DNA of 53,527 bases, the filler included, from Sphacelaria rigidula (lineage: Eukaryota), in NCBI GenBank assembly GCA_964200075.2. It is 5 parts of 5 records of this genome, joined end to end, with 100 filler letters (N's around TTAATTAATTAA, not from the genome) between each part and the next. Parts side by side here need not be neighbours in the genome. Positions count along the whole stretch, not along the records: positions 32,178 to 42,802 come from CAXNAA020006178.1; positions 42,903 to 53,527 come from CAXNAA020006179.1; 3 more parts are not named here. One strand, written 5' to 3'. The notes under the pieces are model-generated. The model searched no databases. It was not told where the DNA came from and was given only the letters and a program-made list of their open reading frames with translations. A program made the position numbers and the translations under genes. Shown here piece after piece: positions 37,756 through 49,983 of this stretch. The first letter of the stretch is position 1, and each line of letters begins with the position of its first letter.

Positions 37756-40414
37756 GAAGGCTTCGTACAGCTCATACCACATATGGCGGTAGCAAGGTTA
37801 CCGCTGGTCTCCATCTATCCAATACAAGTGTACAGTACTGTGCTGCACTATACCGACCATGGCACAGATCGGCACCTACTTTGGGGGTCATGCCCTCTGA
37901 GGATTATCTGATTCCACTCGCCGACAGTATGGGGACGTGCGTAGGGGAGTGCTGATCTCATCCGTGACACAGGAGTGCACGGTGTGTATTGGGGGTAAAG
38001 ACGGACCAACCCTTCGAGACCTCTCACCAGTCCTGAGTAAGGGGAGCGGGTGAAAGTGTGACGCGAATAGGAAAAGGAACACGGTTCTGTCTAGAGTGTG
38101 AATATACCTCATTCTGGAGTGTTTGGTGACAGGTAGCCACTGTACCTCATCAACACCCGAGGCACTGGTATACACCGGTATTCCCGGTATTTTACTGCCG
38201 TTGCACCATACTTCATGTTGCTTGATGTCTACCTTGTGCTGTGTGTCAATGCAGCGTGCTAACTGGGAGGTACACGGACAGCCAATCGCCCTTTTCCGAA
38301 GAAACTACTCTTACCCTACATATATACAAGGTTCCTCGTTGCCATGTCATTTGTTCAGCTCAATTATTGAAATTGTCATTCGAAACTTAGCATGTAGAAC
38401 GACAGAGGTATGCTGAATGAAAAAGAAAGGGCCTTCATTTTATTTGTTTTTGGAAGAAGTTCGGGCGTTCTCGTGAACAAATGGTCGTTACCATACTAAA
38501 ACGCCCTAAACCAGCGAAATAAATAAATAAACCAACCTGGTCCATTTTTCTTGGTTCATCATGACCTAGCGAGGTTCCGCATATAGTTTCAGAACACAAA
38601 CACCAAACGTGGGCCGGTAAACGGCCTGCAAAATACTGTTCCGAATTTCCACCGGCCCGGTTTTTCAAAGGCGAATCCGCAATTCCTTACTTGGAGTTAG
38701 ACAGTGAAGTTTGGTTTGGACAATCAACAGGGCATAAAAAAAGTGTGTGCCGGGTCCCTAAGTTTTTTTTTTCTCATGAGTTAAGGGCAACAATCAGATT
38801 GGAGGGTTCAGTAAATTGCCGTTAAATCACAAAAAAACGTTGGGACGCCGCACACATATTTTTTTCATGCCCTGTTGATTGTACGTACCAAAATTTTCTG
38901 TCCAACTCCAAGTAAAAATATGCGAATTTGCCTGCAAGCTACAAATCCGCTCCTAGGCTGGCCCAGCTCGTACGATCTTCTTCGAATATCGACCCACGAC
39001 CGCCGATACCGATATTTTTGTCGATATTGTGAAAATAACGCGATACGTATCGAGTATCGATATTCGATACGATACGGCTGTTTTGGTATAGCCGCAGTGT
39101 ACAAGACCGAGCAGTACACTGGCACACTGACACCCTCACTCACTATTATTGTAGATCGTATAGGATACCACATCCCCTAGACAGATTTTCAAAGCTCACT
39201 TACTCCCCACCAGAAGCGATGCCAGGGCTGAACTGGGCGCGGCATTGCAACCATATCGTCGAGAGAAAGTCATTCGTGCTTTTGAAAATCGCTCCTGAGG
39301 GTGTGGTATCTTGAACAATCTACGTTAATTTCCAGTGGACAGCGGTAGACACTTGATGTACAGCAGCGGGTAGTGTGCAAATTGACATCATAGCAGCGGC
39401 GGCATCCGGTGCTGCAGCTGTCTAACAAATATCTTTCGTCATTGTGCAAGAGGTCGTTGATCACAGCGGGCTGGGTGTGGGATTGGTTATATTGTTTTCA
39501 CTTCGGCCACACTTTCTGTGTGTTCCGATCGAATGAGTGCATACCTCGACTCAGCACATTCATTAGAAGAGGGAAAGATATCGAACCTCGAACATGCACA
39601 AGCTCAAATGCGCGCTCTTTTTCTTGAACGTTTTTCACTATCAACACAAGGAAACGTTGGCAGCATGCGTAAATTTTCAAATTTGGGATGCCAAACAAGA
39701 TATTTTTGGATGTCACCAACCAAGAAGAAAGAACCACTAAGCTTGCAACAATTGGAATGTCCAGACTAATGGATGGAGGAGAAAATAAGTTCAATACTCG
39801 TCAAACATGAAGGAAAGGCGAAGCGACACCACCATCTCCTCATACTCCGAAGGACAGCTGTTTTGTACTGTTATCTGCAGCTTTGCAGTGATCGTGACGT
39901 CATATCTACTCCGCCACGCCACCTGTATGTTGCCGTTGTTAAACCCCTTCGCTGAATCAAATCACCAAAGCCCACGAGGCATCAGCGGTTACTCTGTCGC
40001 CTCCTATCCTACGAATAGATATTACTGCATCCATTTGCACACCGTGCAACCGCTCTACAGCTATATACTGCGGAAACACCAAACACACAGGAGCAAGTTG
40101 GTTGCTGCGGCGACTGCTCATGTAGAAGAATGGTGTGTGCAGGCGACCTTGTAGAGTGGCGGGGGTTGAGGCTAAATCGGCTAGGGGTCTGCCGTTGGGA
40201 AATTACCCCCCCCTCCTCCCTACATTTCCTGTGACAACGGTTTCGAGAGATTGAGCTAGTGTGACGAAAAAGGGGCCAAGTATCGAGCGTATCGAGCGTA
40301 TCGATATTCGATATTGATACGTATCGCATTTATCGGTTTTCTACGCTCCGATACCGATACTGCGTATCGGTACAGTGTATCGCCGATATTTATCGAAATC
40401 GCATCGATTACCGA

Positions 40415-40652
40415 TGTGCAACAAAATTCAACTCAACGGTCGACGAAGGAAAGGGATTGCTGAACCCCTCTCGCGATAAAAAAATAATAGGAAGGCAAGT
40501 ATCGCAGAAGGAAGGTGGGGTACTAAAAAAAACAAGATGAAAAAAAAAAAACTCCTGTGTTGACCTTCCTCCTGCGTGACCCCGGCTGGTGCGCCCACAT
40601 ATACCGAAAGGTGTAGACCGGCGTCCAGAAAAGATGGGACGACAACACACAC
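40415..40652 (+). mobile_element. 5'-truncated copy of the (CA)n-tailed SINE
   Basis: AACTCCTGTGTTGACCTTCCTCCT...GCGCCCACATATACCGAAAGGTG...GGGACGACAACACACAC matches the reverse complement of 34537-34760. Confidence 0.78.
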
Positions 40653-40869
40653 AAGACACAACCCTGAGTTTTGTATAGATCGAACCCCAGATCTGCACGC
40701 AGGTTGGGAAATGCGGCGGGTCTGGAGGTGGTCGTTAGTCTATGGTCTCTGTAATGCCATAATACTGACAAGATGCAACAAGGTAACACAACACTTACAC
40801 ACCCAGCCCCGAAAAAGCACGCACAGACACCCACCACTCACGCGCATCAGTTCCACCGCCAGCCCTGCC

Positions 40870-42690
40870 TAATCTACACACGCCAGTCTTTCGTTCGACG
40901 AAAATCCGTTTTGTGTTGGACGAATGGCGGCCGCGTGCGTGTCAAAAACAACCGAAAACGTGTCGTTGCTGACCGTTTGTCAGCGTGTGCCGTGCGCGCG
41001 TCTCACACAAATCATTTCTCAATGAATTCTGAACAGATTTGAGCAAGGTCGCGCACAACGTGCTCAGCTGATGAGCAGCTACGTCTCGAGCTGTGTGTTT
41101 TTGGTTCGCGGGGTCACCAAGTTCCTCAGATTCAGCGGTGATTGTGTTGGGTTGTGTAGTAAGCCTTTGCATGTGCCTCTGTCTACCGGACATATATGTT
41201 CCCCGTCGAAGTGTCCGGGGATCCCTTTTTCAAAAGGGGATCTCCGTGCACGTTTTGGGATTTGTGTTTTTTGGAGGGGGCTGGTATCGCAGCGACCCAT
41301 CGGCGGTCGTTTATCACACAAATTGGATTTTGGGAAGATTCCCTTCGATAAGAAGGGCCCTGATTGGGTGTGTTTTGGCACAATTTTCGATCGAAAATAT
41401 GCGGTGGAAAAGGATGATTCAAAATTCCTATCTGATACTGTCTGCAGGTCGTGATTCCAACGATCGTGATTTACGGTGAAATCACGACCTACAAACACTA
41501 TCAGATACCGTAGGATTTTTTGTTTTCGACCGTACTTGTTCGATCGGAAAACGACTTGCGGAGACACGCCTCATACTATTACCGAGAAAAAATACTACCC
41601 AAATCGAAGCCCAGGTCTGTCTGCACACAGGTTTCAAAATGCGGCGATTCTAGAAGTGGTTGTTGGTCCAAATCTCTGCACTGCTTCGGACAAGACGCCA
41701 CAAGGCAACACGACATGAATACACCGAGCCCCGACAAAAACAGCACACCCCTGGGCAATAACAAAGATCATGTGCGCGTCGGTAAAAATATGATGTACTC
41801 GCTGCAAAAGAAACCGCACAATCGTGGGGAAAGAAGGGGAGAGGCGGGAATCTGTAATGTTTGTAAGATATACCTCGTACTTGATGATAACAATGTATTT
41901 ATTATATTGGCTTTCCCTTGTCCTCAAGGTTTAGAGTTTTTGAGATATCAGTGGCTGTGGGATTAATGGGTGAGGATGGAATGATAATGTTTGTTGGAAT
42001 GGGAAATGATTTTTATTTTTGGACAAGGGGAGAACAATAAAATATAGAGGCAAAATAAATATTTTAATTCTTCATGTAGAGGTTGATTGAGGATGGATGG
42101 TTGGATGGATTTTATTTTTTGGACAAGGGAAGGACAAAATATATATATATGTATATATACGGTCGGAAGATGCAATGGACGAAAAATGTACTGGGTAAAG
42201 TATAGGCCTGTTGCAACTGATGATGATACAATAGGTCCACACTTTACCCAGTACATCTTTCGTCTACGAGTATTGCATCTATTCATCGTATACTGTTGTC
42301 CAGGGTGGGCAAAACACGCACGGACACCCATCGCCCACGCGCATTGGCTGCAGCGCCAACCTTTTCTCGTCTCCATCCACGCGGCGATCTTTGTTTGATG
42401 TAGATCCATTATGTCTTGGAATAAAGGCGGCTGCGTGAATGTCACGTTACAACCGAAAAATCGCAGGTGCTGACCCACTTCTGTACGTGTGCTGTGCGCT
42501 CATCTCACAGAAATACGTGATCGTTTTTTCATTGGCTTCTGAACAGGCTTGTGCAAGGTCACGCATAAGGTGCTCGGCTGATAAGCAGCTGCAGTTCGAG
42601 CTGTGTATTGCTGTTTTTTTGCGGGGAGTAATGAGTTCCTCGGGTTCACCTCTGATTGTATTGGGTTGTTCACCAAAGCCTTCACTTGCG
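40870..42690 (+). repeat. Diverged ~300-bp direct repeat pair (about 40870-41170 and 42370-42690)
   Basis: Shared blocks ACAACCGAAAA, TCTCACA.AAAT, TTCTGAACAG..TTG.GCAAGGTC.CGCA, GCTGAT.AGCAGCT, CGAGCTGTGT and TGATTGT.TTGGGTTGT. Confidence 0.7.
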
Positions 42691-42802
42691 TACGTGAAAT
42701 GAAAGCGTGTCTTTGGGCCGCGGGGGGGGGGGGGGGGGGGGTTGGATGATTATAACAAAAAGATGAATATTATTTTAAAAAAAAAAGAATAAAATATTTT
42801 TT

Positions 42803-42902
42803 NNNNNNNNNNNNNNNNNNNNNNNNNNNNNNNNNNNNNNNNNNNNTTAATTAATTAANNNNNNNNNNNNNNNNNNNNNNNNNNNNNNNNNNNNNNNNNN
42901 NN
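42803..42902. other. Artificial contig spacer
   Basis: N44-TTAATTAATTAA-N44. Confidence 0.98.
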
Positions 42903-42976
42903 CCGGTTTCGGTTGGCAAAAACCGACCGAAAAACCGACCGAAAACCGAATTTTCGGTTTTCGGTTCACAACACTG
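42903..42976. mobile_element. Terminus of a hAT-like element with (AACCG)n subterminal repeats
   Basis: AAACCGACCGAAAAACCG...TTCGGTTTTCGGTTCACAACACTG. The reverse complement begins CAGTGTTGTGAACCG. Confidence 0.5.
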
Positions 42977-42998
42977 GCTGTAGCAGACATGCTCCCTG

Positions 42999-45353
42999 CA
43001 CCCGTGGATAGATATCACCCGGTAGGACGCGCTGAACAGGGTTCTTCACAGTGTTTGTCAGAATTCCCGTACAGCATTTGCAAACCCCAGTACCTCTAAC
43101 AGCATTTTGTAAAGCGTTTTCCTCGACACAAAATAAGCAAGCCTGTGGAGGCACTCCTAATTTGAAAATTCTCAATTCTTTTTTACGAGATCTGTAGAAA
43201 ATATCTGTACAGTAGAAGCTGTTCCAAATAAACCCTCTGCCCAATTTCCAACATTGGGCAAAAGGAGGATTTATTTCGAATAGCTTCTGCTGGACAAATC
43301 CCATACACTGGCAGATTTGGAATTTGTACAACAGAAGCTCACTTTGCCCGCCAATTCAGCCTGAAATTGAGCAGAAGAGAACTTTTTGAAAACAGCCTCA
43401 GCTTTGCAAGTCCCACATTCTGTACCGTAATTAGCGTATGAGATTTGAGAGGGACAAGAAAGAACGAGAAGTTGTTGAGAACTCATCCTTTTGCCCCCCG
43501 ACTCATATGTGTCACTTGGAGCAACGAGGGAATTTTCAACAGCATGTGCTGCTTTCAAATTTCATACAATAACTGCGAGTGTATGTCCACACAGCTGTAC
43601 TCAGCTGTGGTAATGGTGGGACTACGGCATATACCTTCCTAGGGTGTACATGAGAGTCCTGAAAAACAATGTTCGTGGCGTAAAGCTCTAGAGTATGGAG
43701 GTTCGTCCAGTCAGTAACAAACAAGACATGACGCGGGACAAAAGGAAACTGTGAGAGGTATTCAGGGGGACAATTAAAAATGATTGCAGTTATTGTACAG
43801 CTTCGAGAACGTTGTGTAGTACAGGTTGTCAGGAAACACACTATCGACTACTGGTAGCGGGTCGGTCAGGAACTCGCCAGATGAAAAGATTTGGCGGTGG
43901 GGTACGTGTTCTAGATGAACGGGGCATGCGACAGTAGAGCGCTCGAGAAAGATTCCCAAATATGCGAAAACGGATCGCTGTTCGAGAAGGCAGCAAAATG
44001 GTGTAGCGGTCAGGGTTGTGACCACCCCGCATGGTCTTACTCTTCTCATGTTCTCATGTTCTCTCTTCACTTTTCGTAAGTCCCTTTCTTAAGTACAGAC
44101 GTGGGTGGACAGATAGCACGGTGTGGGGCACGTCTACAGGGTTCAGGAAAACTGTGCAGTGTTTCTCGCGGGGATTTGGGTGTAGGTTGTTTTTTTGCGC
44201 CACACAGTACGCTTCACAGGGTTTCGTCACCCCGGGTACTGTTCGTTGTTATTAATATGCTGTACAGTGTTTGAAGCTCACACACAATATACTTCACCGT
44301 ACAGTATGGGCATGGCACTGGCAGAAAAAAAAATCAAGAAATTGCAGTGGTAAGTATTGATCTCATGAGTCGGCCTCGGGGGTACGACGAGATATACACT
44401 AAGCTACCCGATTTATGGTCGACGTTTTTTGTGCTTCTCCTAAATAATATCAAGCAAAAAACTCCATAAAAAAAAGCATGATTGATTGAATGGTTTTTTC
44501 TAAACATCATTTGGTTTGTTTTGGTAGACATTGGACCACAGGGTTTTTATGAAGTATGTGCATACATATGCGAGGTATACACGTTCATTTTAGCATCCAA
44601 GCCTGAAGCCGACGCATTGTATCTAATCTCAGGGGTGTGGACATACACTCGTAAGCAGTGCTTGCGATTCGTATTCAGCAAAAGCTGTTAAGAATTCTAG
44701 TACCCTAATTGATATATAAATTGGGGGGCAAGAGGATGAATTATTTTCAACAATCTTTGCTGCTGCATCTCGGATCCATCCGCTAATTATAGTGCAGTAT
44801 GTTGAACTTGCACAGTTGAGGCTGTTCGCAACAATTTCTCTTTTTGCCCAATTTACGGATGAATCAGCGGGCAAAGTGGGGATTTATTTCGAGCTTCTTC
44901 TCCTGTATATATTCCAAATCTGCCAGTGTGTGTCGGATTTGTGGAGCAGATGAAGCTGTTCAAAATAAATCCTTTTTTTGCCCAATTAAACTGGGCAAAA
45001 CAAGGGTTTATTTTGAACAGCTTCATCTTCTCCACAAATCCCGCACACATGTACGGGATTTGTGGAGAAGATGAAGCTATTCGAGATAGATTCTTTGCTC
45101 CATGAATAATCTATTTCGAATAGCTTCTTCTGCTGTCCGAAATAAATAAATTTATAGACTTTGTAACAAAGTAATTTGGAATTTTCAAATTGGGAGTGCC
45201 TTTCCACAGGGCTGCTTACAGGGTCTCGAGAAAAACGCTACACAAAATGCTGGTGGAGGTACTAGGGTTTGCAAATGCCCTACAGGGGTTTTCACAAAGA
45301 CTGCGAAGAACCCTGTGCAGCACGTCCCACAGGGTGCTACCCGTCCACGTGTG
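42999..45353. mobile_element. 2.35-kb non-autonomous DNA transposon with long modular TIRs (CMC/EnSpm-like or foldback)
   Basis: 42999-43170 is an inverted match to 45180-45353 (CAC.CGTGGA...CAGGGTTCTTC.CAG...GCATTTGCAAACCC.AGTACCTC...AGGCACTCC.AATTTGAAAATTC). Related subterminal modules lie at 43210-43365 and 44865-45135. TG is present on both flanks. Confidence 0.72.
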
Positions 45354-45405
45354 TGAGACGCTATGTTGTTTTTGGGGGATCTGCTACATAAACAAGTAAA
45401 AATTA

Positions 45406-46266
45406 ATACAAGGTTCTCCTTCGGGAGGTTGAAACGGGCCTCCCGGGGGTGACGCGAGTCGAAAATATATGGTTGAGAGAGGCTGTTGTATCTTAATGTA
45501 CAGTAGTGATCGTTGCTGTACAACACATCGAACGTGTAATCGGATGTCGTTTGGAAATATGGGAATTCGAACGGAAGCCGACTGCGGAACTGCCGGCGCA
45601 GGACATGTGTGGTATTCCCGACGTGCCATAGTGCGACGTAGCTCTCGTGCCACAAAGACATGATAGCGGGAGGCACTTGCCGGAAGATTGGAATGCGGAG
45701 AATGTTTTTCGCATATTCTTTGCACATCACTATGGCTTCCACATCACCGGACCTTTTCTCAATAGAGGATGGTCGTTTTTTGCGGTCAAACATTGCTGTG
45801 CTACCGTGCTGCTGTGCCTTGTTCAACTCGCCAACGGCCCATAGCACGGTGCCGTGTTTGCCGCTGACTAAAGCGAAGGCAATGTTCAATTGTTTTCAAC
45901 TGCTTTGCTCTCATGCTCTCGTGACATTGACGACATAACAGGTGTGTTCATGCTCCCAAATGAACGAGAACACGACAAGGAGAAACACAGAGAAAAAATA
46001 CCCCGCCGAAAGTAGTCATGTTTCAAGTTTTTCCTGATCTCCAACAAGGGCTTTATGGTTCGGGATCGATACCCCGCGAGAAAGAGCCAGTTTGAGCGAC
46101 ATTCGGTGGCCAGAACACGCGCCAGAGGTATAAGATAACACCCAAACCTAAACGGTAATGTACCTCTGAGCCTTCTTAGAGCGCTGCAAAAGAAAGTGCG
46201 GGAAAAAATGCCTTGCCTCCAGAGAAAACTCGGCAAAAGTAGTGAAAAATGTGAGATGATACATGT
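45406..46266. mobile_element. ~860-bp interspersed repeat, copy 2
   Basis: Colinear with 12138-12996. Confidence 0.8.
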
Positions 46267-46404
46267 ATATATACCTTTGTGTTTAGACACCTGCGGTGTT
46301 TACTCCTGATGCAAGGTCAACATAAAGCTCCCGGCGCTAACCTCTGCAGTCATCTGCCAAGAGGAGCACAAGGGTGTCTACGACTCAGATATTCCTCAAC
46401 ATCG

Positions 46405-46585
46405 TAGTAGGATGCAGCCCCCCTTCATGCGCCTCGCCGAACACATCGCGGCGCTTTGCGCTTGGGTGATTGACTGCGAGCCTGGTCCGGCGAAAGCCTG
46501 GCGTGCTCGTCCCGGCTTTGTAGGGATGCGAGGTCAAGAGTCATTATGACATATGGCTACGGCATGGAACATCATGAGTACACCC
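46405..46585 (+). mobile_element. ~300-bp repeat family, 3' partial copy
   Basis: GTAGGATGCAG..CCCCTTCATGCG...GACTGCGAGCCTGGTCCGGCG...ATCATGAGTACACCC. Confidence 0.78.
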
Positions 46586-46699
46586 TGTTGGAAATATTGC
46601 ACACCCTGGACAATACAACATGTTTTCAAATATACTAGTCGATCATGTTGGAATTTTGCGATACATTACCAGCGTAATATATACTTGTACCCGTGGACT

Positions 46700-46950
46700 G
46701 CACACGTGTTGTATTGCGCGCCCAATGCATATTGATGTCGTGGGACTGCATACATATTGCTCGCCCAATATATATTGGTACTGTGAGGTTGAACACATAT
46801 TGTCCGATCAATATATATTGGGGCAGCGTGGGCGACAGCATATTGCACGACCAATATATATTGGGGTCGCATTGGTGAGAACATATTGACCGGTCAGTAT
46901 ATATTGGGTCTACGTGGGTGCCAATGTATTGGCCGGTCAATATATATTGG
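46700..46950. repeat. ~42-bp degenerate tandem array (CATATTG...CAATATATATTGG)
   Basis: About six units, downstream of a CACCCTGGACAA terminus at ~46602. Confidence 0.8.
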
Positions 46951-47111
46951 ATAATTTAAGTATGGCGTATGCTTCAAGAAATATCCAGACGAGATGGATG
47001 CCGGAGCACGTGCAGATTGGAGAAAGCTTCAAAAGGAGCCGCACAAGTTCGAGTGCATTACTACGGAGAGTTTGTTCGAATGCGTTTGACACACACACAT
47101 ATATATATATA

Positions 47112-48353
47112 CTTCCTCTGTATCATAAGTCTGTGCAGTTATGGGCGCTTAGTCGTAAAGGTACTTATACTTTTACGGTTAGCCGTTGGCCGGGTGCGTT
47201 AGAAAGACAAGACGCATACAAAGCTCACTAGAAAAAAAAAAACGGAGATGATCTTGTACACTAAAACTAGGTCAAAATATACCCATTTTGGCCCTGTTTT
47301 GAGAATATTTTTGAGAACGTTTTTGAGATTTGTTTTGAGAATACTTGCAATAATTCATGATTACCACCCCAAACCTCCCCCCCACACGAAGACGGAACGT
47401 TGGAGAGGGTGGTAGAGTGCGATAAGGAGTCCTGGACAAGGCTTGGGACTGGATGTCATCGAGTCCGTTTGACAACGAAGAAGAATAACGTTTTTTTTCC
47501 TCCGACACCACACGGCATTTTTTTACCCCGCAAGTGTCTTGGTTTTAGTGTGGTATCCCCGAGTGTCTTGGTTCAAGTGTGGCCCCCCAAGTGTCTTGGT
47601 TTTAGTGTGGGACCCCCAAGTGTCTTAGTTTTAGTGTGGGATCAATATTGTACTGATTTTAGTAGAAGGGGCTTGGACATGGGCACGTAGGGTTGGGATG
47701 GCGCCCTACTACTGTTGTTTGATTTACCTCGCAAGTGTCTTGGTTTTAGTGTGGGCCCACCAAGTGTCTTGCTTTTAGTGTGAGACCCCAATTGTCTTGA
47801 TTTTTGTACAGGGGTCACTATTATGCTGGTTGAAGGTTTAAGGCAAGCGCTAATTCTTGGTTTTGTCTGCTTTGTTTTCCGTGGTGCCCGACCCCGCTCA
47901 CCCCTGGAAGGGGGTGAAATATGGCCATTTTTGGACCGACTCAACTTTTCTAAGCCGTTAGACCGCCTGGTTCAAGCACCAGCTGAAAAAGAAAGGGGGT
48001 TTTCTTGCTCCAAAAACGCCGGAGAATTCAACGAAAAAAACGGAAAACAGATTGGACACCCTCGAGGGGGCGCAAAAACATAACTGCACAGACTTATGAT
48101 ACAGAGGAAGTATATATATAAATATACGAGGTGACCGACCCGCCCACCCCTAGAAAGGGGCGAAATATGGCCATTTTGGACCGACTCAACTTTTTTAAGC
48201 CGTTAGGCCGCCTGGTTCAAGCACCAGCTGAAAAAAAAAGTGTTTTCATGCTCCAAAAACGCCGGAGAATTCAACGAAAAAAACGGAAAACAGATTGGAC
48301 ACACTTAAGGGGGCGCAAAACCATAACTGCACAGACTTATGGTACAGAGGGAG
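47112..48353. mobile_element. Stowaway/Tc1-mariner-like non-autonomous element with duplicated right end
   Basis: Left TIR TA-CTTCCTCTGTATCATAAGTCTGTGCAGTTATG. Its reverse complement ends at 48110 and again at 48353, each followed by TA runs. Internal CAAGTGTCTTGGTTTTAGTGTGG repeats lie at 47530-47800. Confidence 0.78.
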
Positions 48354-49020
48354 TATATATATATAAATATACGAGCTGGGCCAGCCTAACGGCGGATTTG
48401 AAGTTTCAGGTGAATGCGCCGGCCAATATTTAGAGTCGAAGCGTAACATTCCGTATGGACTGTGGTGAAATCACGCCGTCACGGTTGAGTATATAGTGGA
48501 TCCTGGATGATGACCAGGGGACAAGGGCATCCTGTGGATGATGACCCTTGCTGTGTAGCCCAGGCCTGATGGTACGGGGTTGCAGGTGTTCACTCTGGTA
48601 ATGATAAGGTATTGTGAAGGCTGACAACTAAGACCTGGAGGCCAGTGGAACTGGGGAGTCCCTCTATAGCATTTAGACACTGCAGTACTAGCAACCTGCT
48701 AACGTCACAATATCGATATTAGTGCTAGTGCTAGGCGTGCTAGTTAGTGCTATCGTTTGAGACTGCTGAAAATATTCAGCAGGGAGAGTCTGGACAGCTT
48801 GTGATTAGCTTCGGGGACAGAGCTTAACGGACGCGTGAGGAGGTTTCAAGCTGAGGTAGCTGCAAAGGCGGCTGGGCCGTGATTGATCCAGACTGGAGAC
48901 TCGCTGGAGCTACGTACAGCGGGTGTTCATAGGACCCCAGGGCTGTGTGAAGCGGCGAAGAAAGCAGGTGTGAACTAAAGTTCGAGAAGGTTTCACAAAT
49001 CTTCGATTTTCCGCTCGAAA

Positions 49021-49850
49021 ATGTCAACTACTGAGGTCCCGGCAATAGAGCCAGCGGAAACGACCGTAACCCCAGTCGTTCTAAGGGAAGAGTTGCGGCC
49101 GCCTCCCAGTTACGGCAGTTTGTATTCCGAGGGTGCCTCTCGATCGTTTTACACGAAATACATGGAATACAAACGAAGAGTGAAGCATGCGAATGCAGGG
49201 GGTGCAGTGAGGCATCAGGTGGTTTCTATGGTGCAACTAGTGCCTACCCCCTTGCAACGCGTCTTCGCGAGAAGGTTCCACGAAAAGCATACCATAACGC
49301 CGCTGCATTTGGCCGCAGCGATAAAGAAGCACGCAGGGCATGCGGCAGGAGCGGAGGTAGAGCTTACTCAGGCGTCCGCGGCCATGGCGAAGGCTGTCGC
49401 AATAAACCACAAAGGGAGGACCATGCGTGACAAGGTGGAGCCCATAATGGGTAAGTTGGAAACGTATTTTCCGGAAAATCCCAACGTGGAGATGATTTAT
49501 CGTTCGTCCGATGGGAAATTTCGCCCAGGGCCCGCTGCGGTGGTCACCAAAGCGATGGTGGAGGGTCTGGCACCGGCGGAATTTAAGCAGGCCGTGCTTG
49601 TACAGTTACAGCACGAAACAAATTGGAAGTCGGACCCGTATTTAGTCATGGATACCGTGGTGGCTGAAGCTTAAGCATGGCGGCGCGTCGAAGTATTCGG
49701 AAAACCATCCACTTCGTTGCCGCAGTCTTCGAGCTCGCGTAACCGCGGATCAAAATCCGCAGGCAGTGCCGACCCCAATTTTACTTGCTTTCAGTGTGGC
49801 CAGGTCGGTCACATCGCACGGAAGTGCCCAACGCCTTCTGAAGGGGAGTC
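49021..49850 (+). pseudogene. gag: Gag with CCHC zinc knuckle
   Basis: ORF 49021-49674 continues in frame past TAA into CFQCGQVGHIARKC. Confidence 0.85.
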
Positions 49851-49939
49851 TGGGCAGACGAGTGCCACGCACCCTCACAAGGTGGTCGTCGTGGCGACGG
49901 CGGCGGATCCTCCAGCGGTGGAGGTGCACAGTCGACTTC

Positions 49940-49983
<44 letters not shown>

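Noticed and set aside
32178..42802. Protein-coding genes, including Fanzor/TnpB or viral genes, in segment 4
   Set aside because: Only short ORFs without recognisable motifs or a consistent exon chain; most overlap identified repeats.
46700..46950. CRISPR array
   Set aside because: Spacers are only ~15 nt and mutually similar, repeats are degenerate, there are no cas genes, and the context is eukaryotic TE sequence.
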